The translations under genes were made by a program, and so were the position numbers. A DNA stretch of 64,000 nt, taken from contig NW_019218638.1 in NCBI RefSeq assembly GCF_002571385.2, positions 27,025 through 91,024 on the forward strand. The letters run 5' to 3'. Positions 23,401 to 36,523 of this stretch are shown here, piece after piece (positions within the stretch are counted from its first letter, which is position 1; every line of letters begins with the position of its first letter). Origin of the DNA: Stylophora pistillata. Taxonomy: Eukaryota. Below the pieces are notes generated by a model. The model worked only from the letters and a program-made list of their open reading frames with translations. It was not told the origin of the DNA and did no database searches.

Positions 23401-24998
23401 TAGTTTTCAGCTTAAAACTTTTAATTCTTTTTTTTTTTTTTGTTTGAGCCATTTTCACGAGTCAATCCTGCTCTGGTTTACAACTTTGATCAAGTAAGAA
23501 AACATTCTAAGGCATCTATGAGTTGTCCCCACAGATTCTGACCTCTCTTAATTAGAAACCCCTCAAACACAAGCCATTTTTACAGCAAATTGTCTCAACT
23601 GAATCAGAGTTTTAAAAATATAATTTTGTGATTTTTTAAATTTCATTTTTTTGTCTTGTGTATTATTTTTGTCTTTTTATGTGTTATTTCTTCATTTCCA
23701 TTTTCTTGTGAGTGTAATTTGAATTGATCTGTTTCTATTACCATTTGATTTCTGTTGGTCAAAGAAATATCTTCTAAATATGTAAGAAAAGAAATTAAAG
23801 GTATGAAAGCGTTAAGCATGAAAAGAATCTCAGAATTTCTTGCACTCAACCACCATCTTGTATCAACAGGGACTATTGAAAAACAGCACCATAAGCTAAC
23901 TGATTTTCTCTGTTTGTTTCACCAGAATGATCATGTCCAACTTTTCTTAATTTTCTTTACAATGTGTACAATACATAAAGCATGATGTAAGCGTTGTTTT
24001 ACGTGCATGAACAAGAAGTTGGAAATTCCTACCAACCCATTTTTCATAGTTGGAGAATCAGTTGTGGTTGTCACCACAACCATTATGTCTCAATGGACAA
24101 GAGAGTAAATTGGTATAACTTGTCTTTACAAGCTAATGAGACACATGTAGACATTCTTACTAGTGATCTGTTTACGCATGCATGAGTGATTTACATTTGA
24201 ATGTACTGGACTGTTCAAAAACAAGTGGTTACTGCAATTAAACAAGAACATTCTGTGGAGCCAAAAGGTCATGGAGATACATGAAAATACTCTTGTATAA
24301 TTGTACACTTGCCTTTTTGCTTACTTTTGTAACTTTATAGTTACCCTTCACCCAACGAAAATCATTACCCTTTGTAGTGTCACTTGATTGGGAATTTTCA
24401 TAGGAAAATTGAAAATTCAGTTGTCAAGATGTATTTGAAAAAAATATTGAAAACTGTCCTTAATTAATTGCTCCTCTCATTGGCATTTAGTGGCAAACTC
24501 ATTAGCAAATAATCAACAGATTATACAAATTCACTGTAATAGCAGCCTTTGAATTATGAAAATGTTTGGTAAACTATACTACAATTCTGTACCCAGTAAC
24601 TGCACAAAAGTAATGATTCATAACATGGGAATTTCGACAAATTTTGAGTAAGCTGAAGTAAAAGGTGAACAAGCTAGTTAAATGTATGGGTTTGATTTTT
24701 TTGTTTTGTTTTGTTTTGACATGTTTGTTGTAGTTCAATTTTATCCTTGGTTCCAAACTCATTATCATACATTAACATGACCGAGAACAAAGGAAAATAA
24801 AATTTGAACCAAGTATAAAATTGAACTATAACATATACAATAATAACATATTGTCAATCGTATTAACTGATAAAAGGGAAAAATTAGAGTTGACTCAAAC
24901 TTAACATATGACTCAAATTTTACTTTGGTTGTGATATTGTAAACCTCCTTTTAGTGATAAATTCACAGAACAGTGATTTTAAACTTCAGCCATTCACT

Positions 24999-25808
24999 CT
25001 ACCTCTTACGGACCCATGGCCGTCCTGGGGACAGGTCATGATGATACCAGACTCTGTAGGTGATATACCAGGTAAACATCGCTATAAGAGCTCCAAGAAC
25101 TTTCTGATAAACTGTGTGAAAATATATGGTGGAACACACAAGCATAAACTCCCACAGGATTGACAGGAGACCGGCAAAGAAGGAAAGAACTTCTACAAAG
25201 GGGGTTACTAGAGCAATGTTCTTGTGTTGAAATGCATTAATATCTTCAGGGCTTGTTTGTTCAAAAGTTGATATTCTTGACGACCAATAAATTTTCGGCG
25301 GTAGTTCTTCTTTGATAACCAGTACACTGTAAATTAGAAGGAAACAGTGTCCCGATATATCAAAACCATTCCAGTAAAATCCCTCTTGATAGCAGCTCCT
25401 CTTTGAAATCAGCGTTTCTTCTCCCTCGCAATAGCCGGTTTTCTCCTCGATGTAAACAAACAAATTCACCCAGAAATACCATCCACATGTAGCAACGGCC
25501 ATCCTACTAAGATGCCTCAGCATGTGGCATACGTGTACGGACGATGTTAAGGATATGAAGGGAATCAAAAGAAGCTGTGTCCAGCCCCAGCCAAACTTGA
25601 CAAAATACACGTTGAAGATATTTTCCTTGTTCGAGAAATAGCACTGAGGAAGGGGTAAAAAATCGTGGATGAATGAACCTGTTAGTACAACAAACCAACA
25701 AAAGGCTACTTTTAATTGCGTTGGCATTAGAACCCAATCGTAGAAACTTTCCAAGTAAGGATGCATGGAGGTTTTCAAAATGCTCTCAACCTGCCGGTCA
25801 TTCGCCAT
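24999..25808 (-). CDS. FITM2: Fat storage-inducing transmembrane protein (FIT family, acyl-CoA diphosphatase FITM2-like), single coding exon
   Basis: KENIFNVYFVKFGWGWT, GFDISGHCFLL (catalytic His and FLL motif), YFHTVYQK and multiple TM segments. Best start is aaaATGGCG at 25808; an alternative ATG is at 25829. Confidence 0.92.
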   Translation of the reverse strand: MANDRQVESILKTSMHPYLESFYDWVLMPTQLKVAFCWFVVLTGSFIHDFLPLPQCYFSNKENIFNVYFVKFGWGWTQLLLIPFISLTSSVHVCHMLRHLSRMAVATCGWYFWVNLFVYIEEKTGYCEGEETLISKRSCYQEGFYWNGFDISGHCFLLIYSVLVIKEELPPKIYWSSRISTFEQTSPEDINAFQHKNIALVTPFVEVLSFFAGLLSILWEFMLVCSTIYFHTVYQKVLGALIAMFTWYITYRVWYHHDLSPGRPWVRKR

Positions 25809-25846
25809 TTTGGGTTTTGCTGAAATCATCTTATCCTGCCGCTCAG

Positions 25847-25910
25847 TGTTCAGTTTTTTTCTTGTGCTCTTGTTCAGTTTTTTTCTTGTGCTCTTGTTCA
25901 GTTTTTTTTT
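25847..25910. repeat. 24-bp tandem repeat (about 2.6 copies) upstream of the FITM start
   Basis: Unit tgttcagtttttttcttgtgctct. Confidence 0.85.
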
Positions 25911-26582
25911 GTCGCCATTTTGATTTTTCCAAAAGTCGTACCCAGTGTTTTTTTCTATCTGATGCCACGTGGTTTGAAAGGGTATGACTGGGTAGGACTC
26001 ACTGTGGCGGACTGGAAGACATTTGTTATTGTTGACGACAAAGATTTACTTCATGGAAATGCCTTATTTTATATAATGACATAAGAAAGAAACGGGCTTG
26101 AAGTAATGTAAAACTACTAACAGTAAATCAAAACAGGGCCTAAAAGATCAGGGGAAGTAAAAGGTAAGAGACGAACCGAATGAGCAGATGTAACCATTCA
26201 CAATTACATGGTCTGCAATGCACTTCTTCTTGTCTGATATAGCGTTAATCAATGAAGTCGAAAGTGAATCTCAAAGAAGAAAAAAATAAATCGAAATGTA
26301 AACATTCCTGCCTTTGCATGAGACCAGTTAAGAGTTTGAGCCCCACTCCGTTATTGCCTTTTCGATATTTCCAAATGAAAGATACTGATTAGGAATAGCT
26401 TTTCCACAGGGTTTTATGGATAAAGCGTCACTTATTTGCTTTCACGATGCCGATTTTCTTCCGGAAAATCAAATGGCTTTAATGGGTGGTGTGACCGAGA
26501 GTGACGATTGAGACGTTACATTGCGTGACATGGATATCAGGATTCCGCTGGCTATAATACAACGACGTGTTCAAAATAAATT

Positions 26583-29500
26583 ATGATCTTCAACTGTCAC
26601 TCGCTTTTCGCGCTTTTATCGAGAGTAACGAAGCCCAGTTTGAAAGGTAAGAATTTTTTTCTCCTCTCAAATGGAATATTGATATTAAAAAATGATTATT
26701 AAGACGATGCTACTGTGTATTTCTAGTGCCTGCAGCGAAATGTGATGTCATTTGGGCAAGTTCAGGCAAAATGGCCAACTCGGGTACCGAGTGGCCAAAA
26801 CTTTGCGCGCGTAGTTCAAATGGTGCATGTGTTGGGTTCTCTCTATAGCGTCTAAACTGGAATTTTCAAGATAGAATGCGGGACAAAACCAGCCTTTCGT
26901 TCGGTTAGTCGAATATTTCTTGTTCTTTTGCCGTTTCTGGATCGCTTTTGCATTATTTCAAAGAGAAATACGATTTTCGCGCGGTCGATGTAAATCGTTT
27001 TCGCAGAGAAAGCTTCAATAAGAGAGCAAAGGCAGCTTCGGTTTTCGGCATTTTCTAAAGCAAGAGATTTAGCTTTGGGGCAGATTCTTTTATTAATGGA
27101 AAATGATTGATATTGCTAAATATAATTCACATATTTCTTGATTTTTTTATTCGGCGAAATGGAGTGAACTCGCCATCAGAAAGTGTCATCATTTATTTTT
27201 GTTCAACTTTGGTAGCTGGCGAGGTCTTGCAAATTTATACAAATGTAAGCTCGTGCCTACTTTGCTTTCTTAATATTCAAAGTTTTTATTTAAATGTTAA
27301 TTTAATTAGATTTGTATTTTCAGGTGTCATGAAAAAATTCCATATCAGAAGGCCCATTTTATAAAAATCCACAACATTCCTTTTGTTTTGTAACATATCT
27401 GTTAATCTGTCCTTGTAAATCTGTAGGCAGTGTATCTAGCAGCATGATTGGAAATATTAGGAATGGTAGTACATGTAATGGAGTCAATGGAAGTACTGAT
27501 CATTCAGTGAACAGAAACATCACAGTGAGTACAAGATCAACTTTGAATTTTTTTTTTACTGTGCCCAATGATGGCAATAGTATCAGAATGGTACTTTCAA
27601 TTTTTTTATCTGTTTTTCTGTTTTCTCATCCATTTATTTGCTCATTCATTCATACATACTCAGAGGAGGCTACAAAATTAAACTCGTCGGTGTGTATCAT
27701 TATTAGAGAGAGTTACACCTTACCAAAAACTTAAAGTTCTCGTTGTTTCTTCCATTTAACAAATGGTAAACACCACAGCGTACACTATTGAGTTATGGAT
27801 GCACGCAAGAAGTTGCTAAGCACAAAAGAAGCGTAAGAGTTGTGCAAGGCGATAGCCGGGAGTGACTCTAGCTTCTTGAGTGCTTAGCAAACCTCCCAAG
27901 TGCATCCACAACTCAATAGTGTACGCTGTGGTGTTTACCATTTGTTTTATAACATAATACTGATACATTGTAGCTAACGAGGTCCCTTTTATTTAACAAA
28001 TCTTACGTGACCAGAAAAAACAAGCACACGCGGAAAAATAGTCTTTGTATTTGCTCACAGTCATCAGCAGCGTACACCCATGGGCAAATAGGGGACGCTA
28101 AATCAACCAATCAGAGCGCACGCTTTACTTTGGTTATGTTATAATTTTAGGTGGCTATAGAAGGAAACATTGGTAGTGGAAAGACAAGTCTTTTGAAGTT
28201 TTTCAAGCAAAATTCATTGGTAGAGGTAGAGTTCAAACATCACTTTGGATGATATTTTATATTATATTTTTATACGATGATTATCCAGTAAGCCATTTTT
28301 TTCAAAGAGGGTTGACAAAACACAGCCGTGGCTACAGGGAAAATATTAGCCTTGTGAGGTATAAAAAAGAAAAATTAAACAGGGTAATTATAAAGGAGAG
28401 AGAAATTATGGCATGGAATGTCACACCTGAGAATGCTAATACCTTGGCTGTTGCAAATGTCTAACTCAAAAATAGGGGTTGGTCAGCCATATCTCAAGAT
28501 AACATATTTCAAACAATATTTTATATAAAGTTTTTTTAAGAGAATTTTGTCCCTTAGGTTATTGAGGAACCTGTGAAAAAATGGCAGAATGTTGATGGAA
28601 ATAATACTTTGGTAAGAAAGTAACATTATATCACCCAGGTTGACTTCATTTTTCATAGTTCAAAGAAATCATTAAAAAAAATTTTGACCATTATATTTGA
28701 ATTAACTTTCAGGAACTTATGTATAGTGATCCAAAGAGGTGGAGTTACTTGTTTGAGTCCTATGTTCTTCTCACAATGATGCAAGTTCACCATAGACCTC
28801 AGGTAACATAAAATTCAAATACCTTTTTGTTCAATCATCAATCAGGGCTNNNNNNNNNNNNNNNNNNNNNNNNNNNNNNNNNNNNNNNNNNNNNNNNNNN
28901 NNNNNNNNNNNNNNNNNNNNNNNNNNNNNNNNNNNNNNNNNNNNNNNNNNNNNNNNNNNNNNNNNNNNNNNNNNNNNNNNNNNNNNNNNNNNNNNNNNNN
29001 NNNNNNNNNNNNNNNNNNNNNNNNNNNNNNNNNNNNNNNNNNNNNNNNNNNNNNNNNNNNNNNNNNNNNNNNNNNNNNNNNNNNNNNNNNNNNNNNNNNN
29101 NNNNNNNNNNNNNNNNNNNNNNNNNNNNNNNNNNNNNNNNNNNNNNNNNNNNNNNNNNNNNNNNNNNNNNNNNNNNNNNNNNNNNNNNNNNNNNNNNNNN
29201 NNNNNNNNNNNNNNNNNNNNNNNNNNNNNNNNNNNNNNNNNNNNNNNNNNNNNNNNNNNNNNNNNNNNNNNNNNNNNNNNNNNNNNNNNNNNNNNNNNNN
29301 NNNNNNNNNNNNNNNNNNNNNNNNNNNNNNNNNNNNNNNNNNNNNNNNNNNNNNNNNNNNNNNNNNNNNNNNNNNNNNNNNNNNNNNNNNNNNNNNNNNN
29401 NNNNNNNNNNNNNNNNNNNNNNNNNNNNNNNNNNNNNNNNNNNNNNNNNNNNNNNNNNNNNNNNNNNNNNNNNNNNNNNNNNNNNNNNNNNNNNNNNNNN

Positions 29501-31586
29501 NNNNNNNNNNNNNNNNNNNNNNGAAGACGTGGATTAAAATATGAGTTTCTACTTTTAGTTAGAATTTTGAAAATGGCTGCATGTGTTTACCGTCTCAAAG
29601 GGCGCCAGACCTCAAACTCAACATACCGCATTATAAAAGTAGCATTGAGTTCCAAATGTAAATTAAAATAAATTTGTCGCCATGGTTTCGGTTCGCAGAT
29701 GACGCAAATTTTGGGGATTTCACGTTGTTGTTTTGCAAAGGACAGTTAAGAAATGTACAAAGTTTTAAAATGCACGTGCTGGGCTGTTGTTCTGCCAATT
29801 AGATCTATTGTTTTTCCACATTCTTATTGCCATCGCCGTCGTGGTTTGCTTAAATTCCCCAATACAACAGTGGTGAGACTGCTTCCCTTTACTTGTAGGA
29901 CCTACATTCAGTTTTCCAAACTTGGCGTCACAAGAGGGTACATCTTTTTGTTGCTCATAAAGTTTGTCCAATTTCCTCACCTCCACAGAAATGAACCCTC
30001 AAATTGTAGTTTGATGGGAAAACACTAATCAAACATTAATCTTGGGTCTATTTGGTTTGTCTAGGTTGCCTATTTTGTTAAAATTAATTCCAAGATGTAG
30101 TGAATTAGAATTTGACCTTTACTTGTGGTGACACTATTTGTTTTTGGACTTACATTTTCTCTAGTATATCTAAGAACATCACCAGAGAAATGTATGGAAA
30201 GGATAAAGAAAAGGAGTAGAGATGAAGAAAACTCAGTATCAATGGTATGTTTTAATAGCAGATCCACTAATGAGAGACTTTCGAAACACATTACTGATTT
30301 TTTTGTGCTATTTCCTATGTGACAGCAATATGCAGTTAAAAGTTAAAAGAGGATTAAATCTTTAAATAATAAAATAGTACAGAACCAGAGCACATTTCTT
30401 TATGCAGTATTTTCACTGTTGCCTGCATTTCATGCATGCACACTTAGAATGGAAAAAAGAGTACCTATAAACTGTACTGTACAAATTTGTAGTCCAGTAT
30501 TATTTTAGTGTGTTAGCCTATTCTTTAGTACAATTAACCATCAACACTGGAAAAAACAAAACAAAAAGCTAGCTCTTACATACCGTAGTAGTGAGAATGA
30601 GACAGATGTGTCAAGCTTATGTGCATATATGCAAAATTTAGACTTGCATATTTCTATTTATACACACTTGCCTATGAATTTATGTATGTTTTATGTGTAC
30701 TTTTTTGTTACTATATTTCTGAGTGGTACTTTACATGTAGGGAACTAGACTACAGTCATAGACTTGATTTTCCCTTCTTACAGGAACTTTTGAATTCATT
30801 ACATGAAAGATATGAAGAATGGCTGGTGAAAAAGAACAAATTCTCCCTTCCTGCTCCAGTAGTAGTAAGTTCTTTAAAATTAATTTACAATCTGGTGTTG
30901 AATGTATCATTTCTGTGTGGTGGAACCAACCATCTTATAGGGGCTGGGACATTACATAAATCTGTACCATAATGAGGACAGCATTTTACGAGTAAATTTT
31001 CCAATACTTGGTTTTTTTCCCTTTTAAATTTGAGAGTATTACCGCACAGTCACTGGGTGCTGAAAAATATACCTTGTCCTCACTAACACTTATTCTTTGT
31101 TTAGCAAATTACTCATCATATATGGACACCCAGTTGTATACTAGATAATTTTCAGTACATCACAATAATTGTTTTTTTTTTTGTTTTTTTTTTTGTACAA
31201 GTCTTGTGGAAAACTCTTAGGCTCTGTCAATTGTGCTTGAATCTGGATGAAGATGTCCAGGTTTAAACTTGATCATTAAGTTATTGTGCTCTTTGGAAAG
31301 ACCACTTTACCCTGACTCATAGATAGCTAGGTTCAAGTGAAAAGAAACAAGCTATCATCTTAAGCCAACCAAATTCTGGTCCAGGAGGAGTCAACATATA
31401 CCTTGTTGACATGTGATCTATAAACTGGCAATCTTATGCTGGTGGTTATTGTTAAGTTAAATGCAAAATTCTTGTTTTTCTCTATTTTAGGTGGTAGATG
31501 GCAATAAAAGCTTAAGTGATATGTTCCAGTTTTATGAAACAAATTCTCAGCTCCTTTTGGGTATTAATGCCTCAAAAACAGAATAA
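26583..31586 (+). CDS. Deoxynucleoside kinase, TK2/dNK family, copy A. Exons 26583-26646, 27427-27524, 28151-28225, 28558-28611, 28713-28802, [two exons expected in gap], 30165-30244, 30784-30864, 31491-31586
   Basis: P-loop [37 protein letters not shown]…RSRDEE (lid) and LHERYEEWL, with canonical in-frame splice sites. The first exon is less certain. Confidence 0.85.
27757..28145. mobile_element. Intronic MITE-like repeat with a long internal hairpin
   Basis: aacaaatggtaaacaccacagcgtacactattgagtt pairs with aactcaatagtgtacgctgtggtgtttaccatttgtt (27758-27946). Confidence 0.6.
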
Positions 31587-32921
31587 CATCCAAAATGAAT
31601 GCTTCAGAAAGTCTTATTAGAAGTTGCCCATGTGTATTTGGATATCATTGCATTTTGTAAATATTTTTTGCTAAGCATCTACATATGTACAAATGTAAAA
31701 TCAGTACTTTCCAAGCCTTTCAGTAGTTTCTGCAACCTGTAGTGAGACAATTTTCTTTCATGGCAAGATGGGAGCATGGGCCATCTCATCATTTATGTAC
31801 CTAAGAGAAGAGGGGTGAAAGCAGCCTATAGTTGAATCAGAAAATTCATTTTTATCCCTTTTAACCTTCAAACATCTTACATCGTGGTAACTTTTTTCTA
31901 CTGATCAGTTGTATAAGAGAAGGCTACTACATAAATATTTATGAAAACAGCAGTTTTTTAAGTCATATTTTGTAACCAGTAATGCCATAACTATTTAAAA
32001 CCATGGAATTTGTAAAGTTCTGTCACATTTTTATAAATAAATGTTTTGTTTATGAATTTTGGCAAATAAAATTTGATTTAAAATCATAATGAACGGTAGA
32101 TTTCTTACAATATCTTTTTCCATCTTGCTTTGTTTGCAAAAAGCCATGTACATCAGATTATGTCAATTTTTACAGTGCAAAATTGAAGGATATTTTTAGG
32201 GCCATTTCTATTTTCTGGTGGTAATAGGAACAGGTCGACACAAAGAGAGTGTTAAATGAATATTATTGGAGTACAAAGATTGAAAATTATCTGGAAGCTA
32301 TCACAGGGAGTGTTCAGTGTTTTGGGGGCAATGGTTTAATTCTAATGCATGGCTGGGCATCTGTTACATCCACAAAATCACAGTTATCTCTGCTGGTTCC
32401 TGCAATTTAAACTTTTTCAAATGGCCGTAGAAACTGGGTCGAGCTTTTATTGTTCCAGACTCCTCGCGTCCACTATATTTTTTCGTTCCCGCCACAATTT
32501 GATTTTTTTCTTCGACTGCCGCCATATTTCTTCTCGCTTTGCATTTTGTTATTTGGAAGGATTTGGAGGTAAGTAAGCCAAACCAATCATGTCTGTACGC
32601 ATTCTACAGTTAAAAGATTGATTGTTTCAGAGAAATCGGCTGCGCTTATCTGTTAAAGTTCTGAAAAAGCGTGACTTTCAGTTGTTTGTTTTGGACAAGT
32701 TGGCCGACTTGGAGGCAATATTATCGCCATCACAGTTGAATGTTAGAGCTAGCGTATGGAATTTGAAGGCCATGAGAATGACATCATTTTTATTTTCACA
32801 CGCGAACAATGTATATTCGAGGTAATCCTCTCCAAAACAACCTGAATTTACTTGCAAGTCCGTTCCTCTTAGAGATATAAACGTTTGTATTTTCTGGCGC
32901 TTCGCTTAGATTTCTTCAAAG

Positions 32922-35900
32922 ATGCTTAGTTATACGGATTCTCTGGTATCAGAGAGTGCGATGGAGGAAGATCTGCGAGAGCGAAATATTACGGTACGAT
33001 TTTACGTTTTTTTTACCATTGTATTTCTATCCTAAATACACGATAGTAGCGGGTTAACTTAAAGAAACCGTATGCATGATGAAATGTAATGTATCAAGTT
33101 CTTTTCCCTCTCTTGAACTACATTTACTTAAAACTCTAACTTATTCTGTAGGTTGCAGTAGAAGGCAATATAGGAAGTGGAAAAACGACTCTTCTGAATC
33201 ATTTTAGACAGCATCCCGATGTGGAGGTTAGTGTAAATCTACCTCAAGTTAATCAATTACATGTACATCTAATCGTGCGTTTCCTGCAGATTTATCCCCC
33301 AAATTTCATTAGATAAATTATAATTATATTGTTGGTTTAGTATGAAGTTTGAGGATTAAAGGTAAATCTCAAAAATGATATATAACATTATCCCACCGGG
33401 AAATCTTACCATATGAAACTTACAGCTGGTGAATACTATTCCTGTCACATTTAATCGTGACTTTCATGGTTTCAACACAAGATCGAGAAATGACGTTCGA
33501 AAATCCAGTGCCACAAGAAGATGGAGTCATTGGTCGTCAGTTAACTTTAGCGCAGATATATGGAATGGTTTAGACATCTCACTAAGAAATGCAAACTCAC
33601 TGCCTGCCTTCAAACGTGGCCTGTCCAAATTTAATTTTGAATTTTAATTGACTTCTGCTAGTATTTAGTTAATACTTTGTGATTAGTATTTTTAATTAGT
33701 TCTTAGATTTAGCTTTAGTTATTTGTTGCTATTTGCATTTTATCTTTGTATTAGTATTTAACTTAAGAGGACCCTCCTGTAAACCACTTGTGTGACGTTG
33801 GCATTCTCATTAAAGATTGAAAAAAAAAAAAGAAAAGTTTCTGAAATATCAAAAACTGATTAATTTTATAAATGAAACAAATTTAAAATAAAATTAAAGG
33901 TTTTTCTGCCCTGACTTTCCCAACCCAAATACCAGAACAAACCCCAATTTATTTTCATTCCCAGACATCCTATGTCTCTTTGTGTACTAAAACTTCCTCT
34001 CATTGTTAATACATAGGTACTGGAGGAACCTGTGGATAAATGGAAGAATGTTGGTGGCAAAAATCTCTTAGTGAGTTGATACTGTAATGTTGTTGATTCT
34101 GTCCATGCAGCCTATATGCTTTGTGCTAGTTTTACAGTAGTGCATATGTTTTTTTGTCCTTTTATGGGCAATAACAACATCTCTGCAGGACTGATGGAAA
34201 AGATTTTCAGTCTTTGCCCCTAATCCTAGATTTAGTTGTTTCACACAGTACTCATTGTTGTTTGATTTTTGAGTATTTCTATTTGCTTGGTGTTTATCCC
34301 CTACTTTAGCCTATGATGTAAGTTTTATAAACATTTTCCCTTAAAGTTTTCCTTGCTCTCTTGTTGTAAAGGAGTTGTTTTACACTGACTGTCAAAGGTG
34401 GAGCTACCTATTTGAATCTTATGCAGTTCTTAGCCTCATGAAAATTCACAAAAAACCACATGTGAGTAAAAGATACTTTAAATTTAAATATTTTGATTTC
34501 ATAATTGTTGATTTAAATAAACACTCGAGGTGTACACTGTCCATGATGACCTTTAATATTTTAAGAATATCATAAAGTGATCATGTTTATTGAAGTGATA
34601 TTAATTAGAAATTCAAAGAGACTCTTAAGTTGTATTTATCATAAAGAGTGCTTTTCAATTAGGCTTGTAAAACCAAATTAGTACCAGTAGAACAAAAATA
34701 AGCATTAAAAGGTGCCATTAAAACCTCAAAGTAAATACACACTAGCAGACTACTGGGATACAAATGGCTGAGTGGCTATCAGTTCTAGTTTGGCTTATGG
34801 CAACATGTAATTGAGAAGAAGTTAGAAATTTTGTTGTCTCATCCATCAGGTTACACCTGTGAAGATGATTGAAAGGAGTGTCTACAGTGGCTACTTCTGT
34901 TTTGAGCACAATCTTTGTAAAAGGTAATTGCATGTTTTAAGATTTTCCATAACTTCTTGAGACTCAATCTCTTTCACTGAATGCCTCGCTTTCCTTTCTG
35001 ACCAACTGCATCTCCATGAACACCAGTCATTCTGAAAGAGGGCAATGTTGATAAACATTATCTCAAAATGTGTGTCTTTCATTTTTACAGTGGAATGATG
35101 TCCAAAGTAGAACACTCTGTCCATAATGAGTGGTTCAACTGGATAACAAAGCAACAGCAACCTCACCTAGATTTAATCAGTAAGTTGTTTCAATTTCAAT
35201 AAAATAGCAACGAGAAAAATAATCCAAAGACATTCATTCCATAATTACGATGATCATCACAACTACCAATTCTCTTCTGTTTTAAAGTAAACAATAATGT
35301 GATTTCAATATGAGTGGTTTGTCTCAAATAATCTCACTGTAAATTTTTGCCTTTAGTTTACCTAAAGACATCTCCTGAAACCTGCATGGAAAGGATAAAA
35401 GCAAGGAATCGAAGTGAGGAAAAGACAATCCCCATGGTAGGTTACATATGTGTGTTGTATCTTGTTTTGAAGATTGTTGTATTTCAAAAACATTATATGG
35501 TACAAAATGCCACCTAAAATTCATAGTTATGTGCATGTAGTTTATTTGTTTCTTATTGTACTACTTCCACCTTTAAAATGCTCTGGGTAGAAGAGGATTG
35601 TCACTTTTGGGGAAAGGTGGCTTGATCTTTTGTTTGATGAATCAATACAACCTCAATTTTCCTATTTATGATTAATAAATTGTTATATATAAATTATATT
35701 GAGCAAGTTTCCTGTGTAGGTTGACAACGACTTTCGTTTTTGAAAATTTAAAAAATTCAGGAATATGCTAACTGTCATGTGCTCTAATTGAATCTTACTT
35801 TTTGTGTCCTCTTCTTTTTGTGTACAGGAACTCCTAAATGCATTACATGAAAGACACGAGGAATGGCTAATTCAAGGAAAATTTCCAGTTCCTGCTCCAG

Positions 35901-36523
35901 TTATGGTGAATACATTAGTATTTGCTAATGCAAATGTAGATGCCTTGATTTGTTACTGAAACTAAAGTATCAGAGAAGGATATCTGAGAGCTACGGAATT
36001 CAAAGTTAGAGCAAAAAAAACTGTGATTAAGTGACAGCTGGTTTCAGTTTGCATCGCATAAGATTAGAAGTAGAACATACAGTAGTAAAACAAATGTAAT
36101 GCAATCCCATATTTCTTTGGATACAAACAGATAAAGTAACATTTTAGGTACTTAGAACCTCAGTGTTTCATGTATGAGCATTGTTTGTATACTTGTAACT
36201 GTATCTCAAAAACCTTCTTGCAATTCTTGCTTTTGCCTGATATACACTTCTTTGAAAATAATTAGTAGTCATTATGCAAGAGAATTTAGTTTTTCATCAA
36301 GATCACAATCTTGGAGTGGTTGTTTTTAGGTTGTTATCACCCATATCTTGCCTGATGTGTTGAAAGTTTTGGGAATTTAAAAGGTTCTGAATGTTATTTT
36401 CAGGTTGTAGATGGAAACAGAGACCTTGAAGAGATGATAACATTCTACAAGAAAAATGATCAGTACATTCTTGGAATGAAACAATGGCCACAGTTACACA
36501 CTTTACAACAACCTGTGTGTTAA
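32922..36523 (+). CDS. Deoxynucleoside kinase, TK2/dNK family, copy B. Exons 32922-32993, 33152-33226, 34017-34070, 34372-34461, ~34849-34923, ~35091-35179, ~35357-35436, 35828-35905, 36404-36523
   Basis: [34 protein letters not shown]…LDLI, YLKTSPETC…RNRSEE and LHERHEEWL. Intron positions match copy A wherever both are visible. Confidence 0.88.
33420..33836 (+). mobile_element. 3' end of a LINE (C-terminal coding remnant, 3' UTR, poly-A) in an intron of dNK copy B
   Basis: HGFNTRS…IWNGLDISLRNANSLPAFKRGL is a typical CR1/L2 C-terminus. An A-tail lies at about 33820-33836. Confidence 0.7.

Noticed and set aside
20430-24900. Scattered 60-78 aa ORFs
   Set aside because: They are low-complexity AT-rich readings with no consistent exon chain that I could assemble.
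28827-29537. Long ORFs through N runs (also about 8627-9216, 10203-11051, 37408-38170, 53067-53912)
   Set aside because: They are artefacts of translating gaps.
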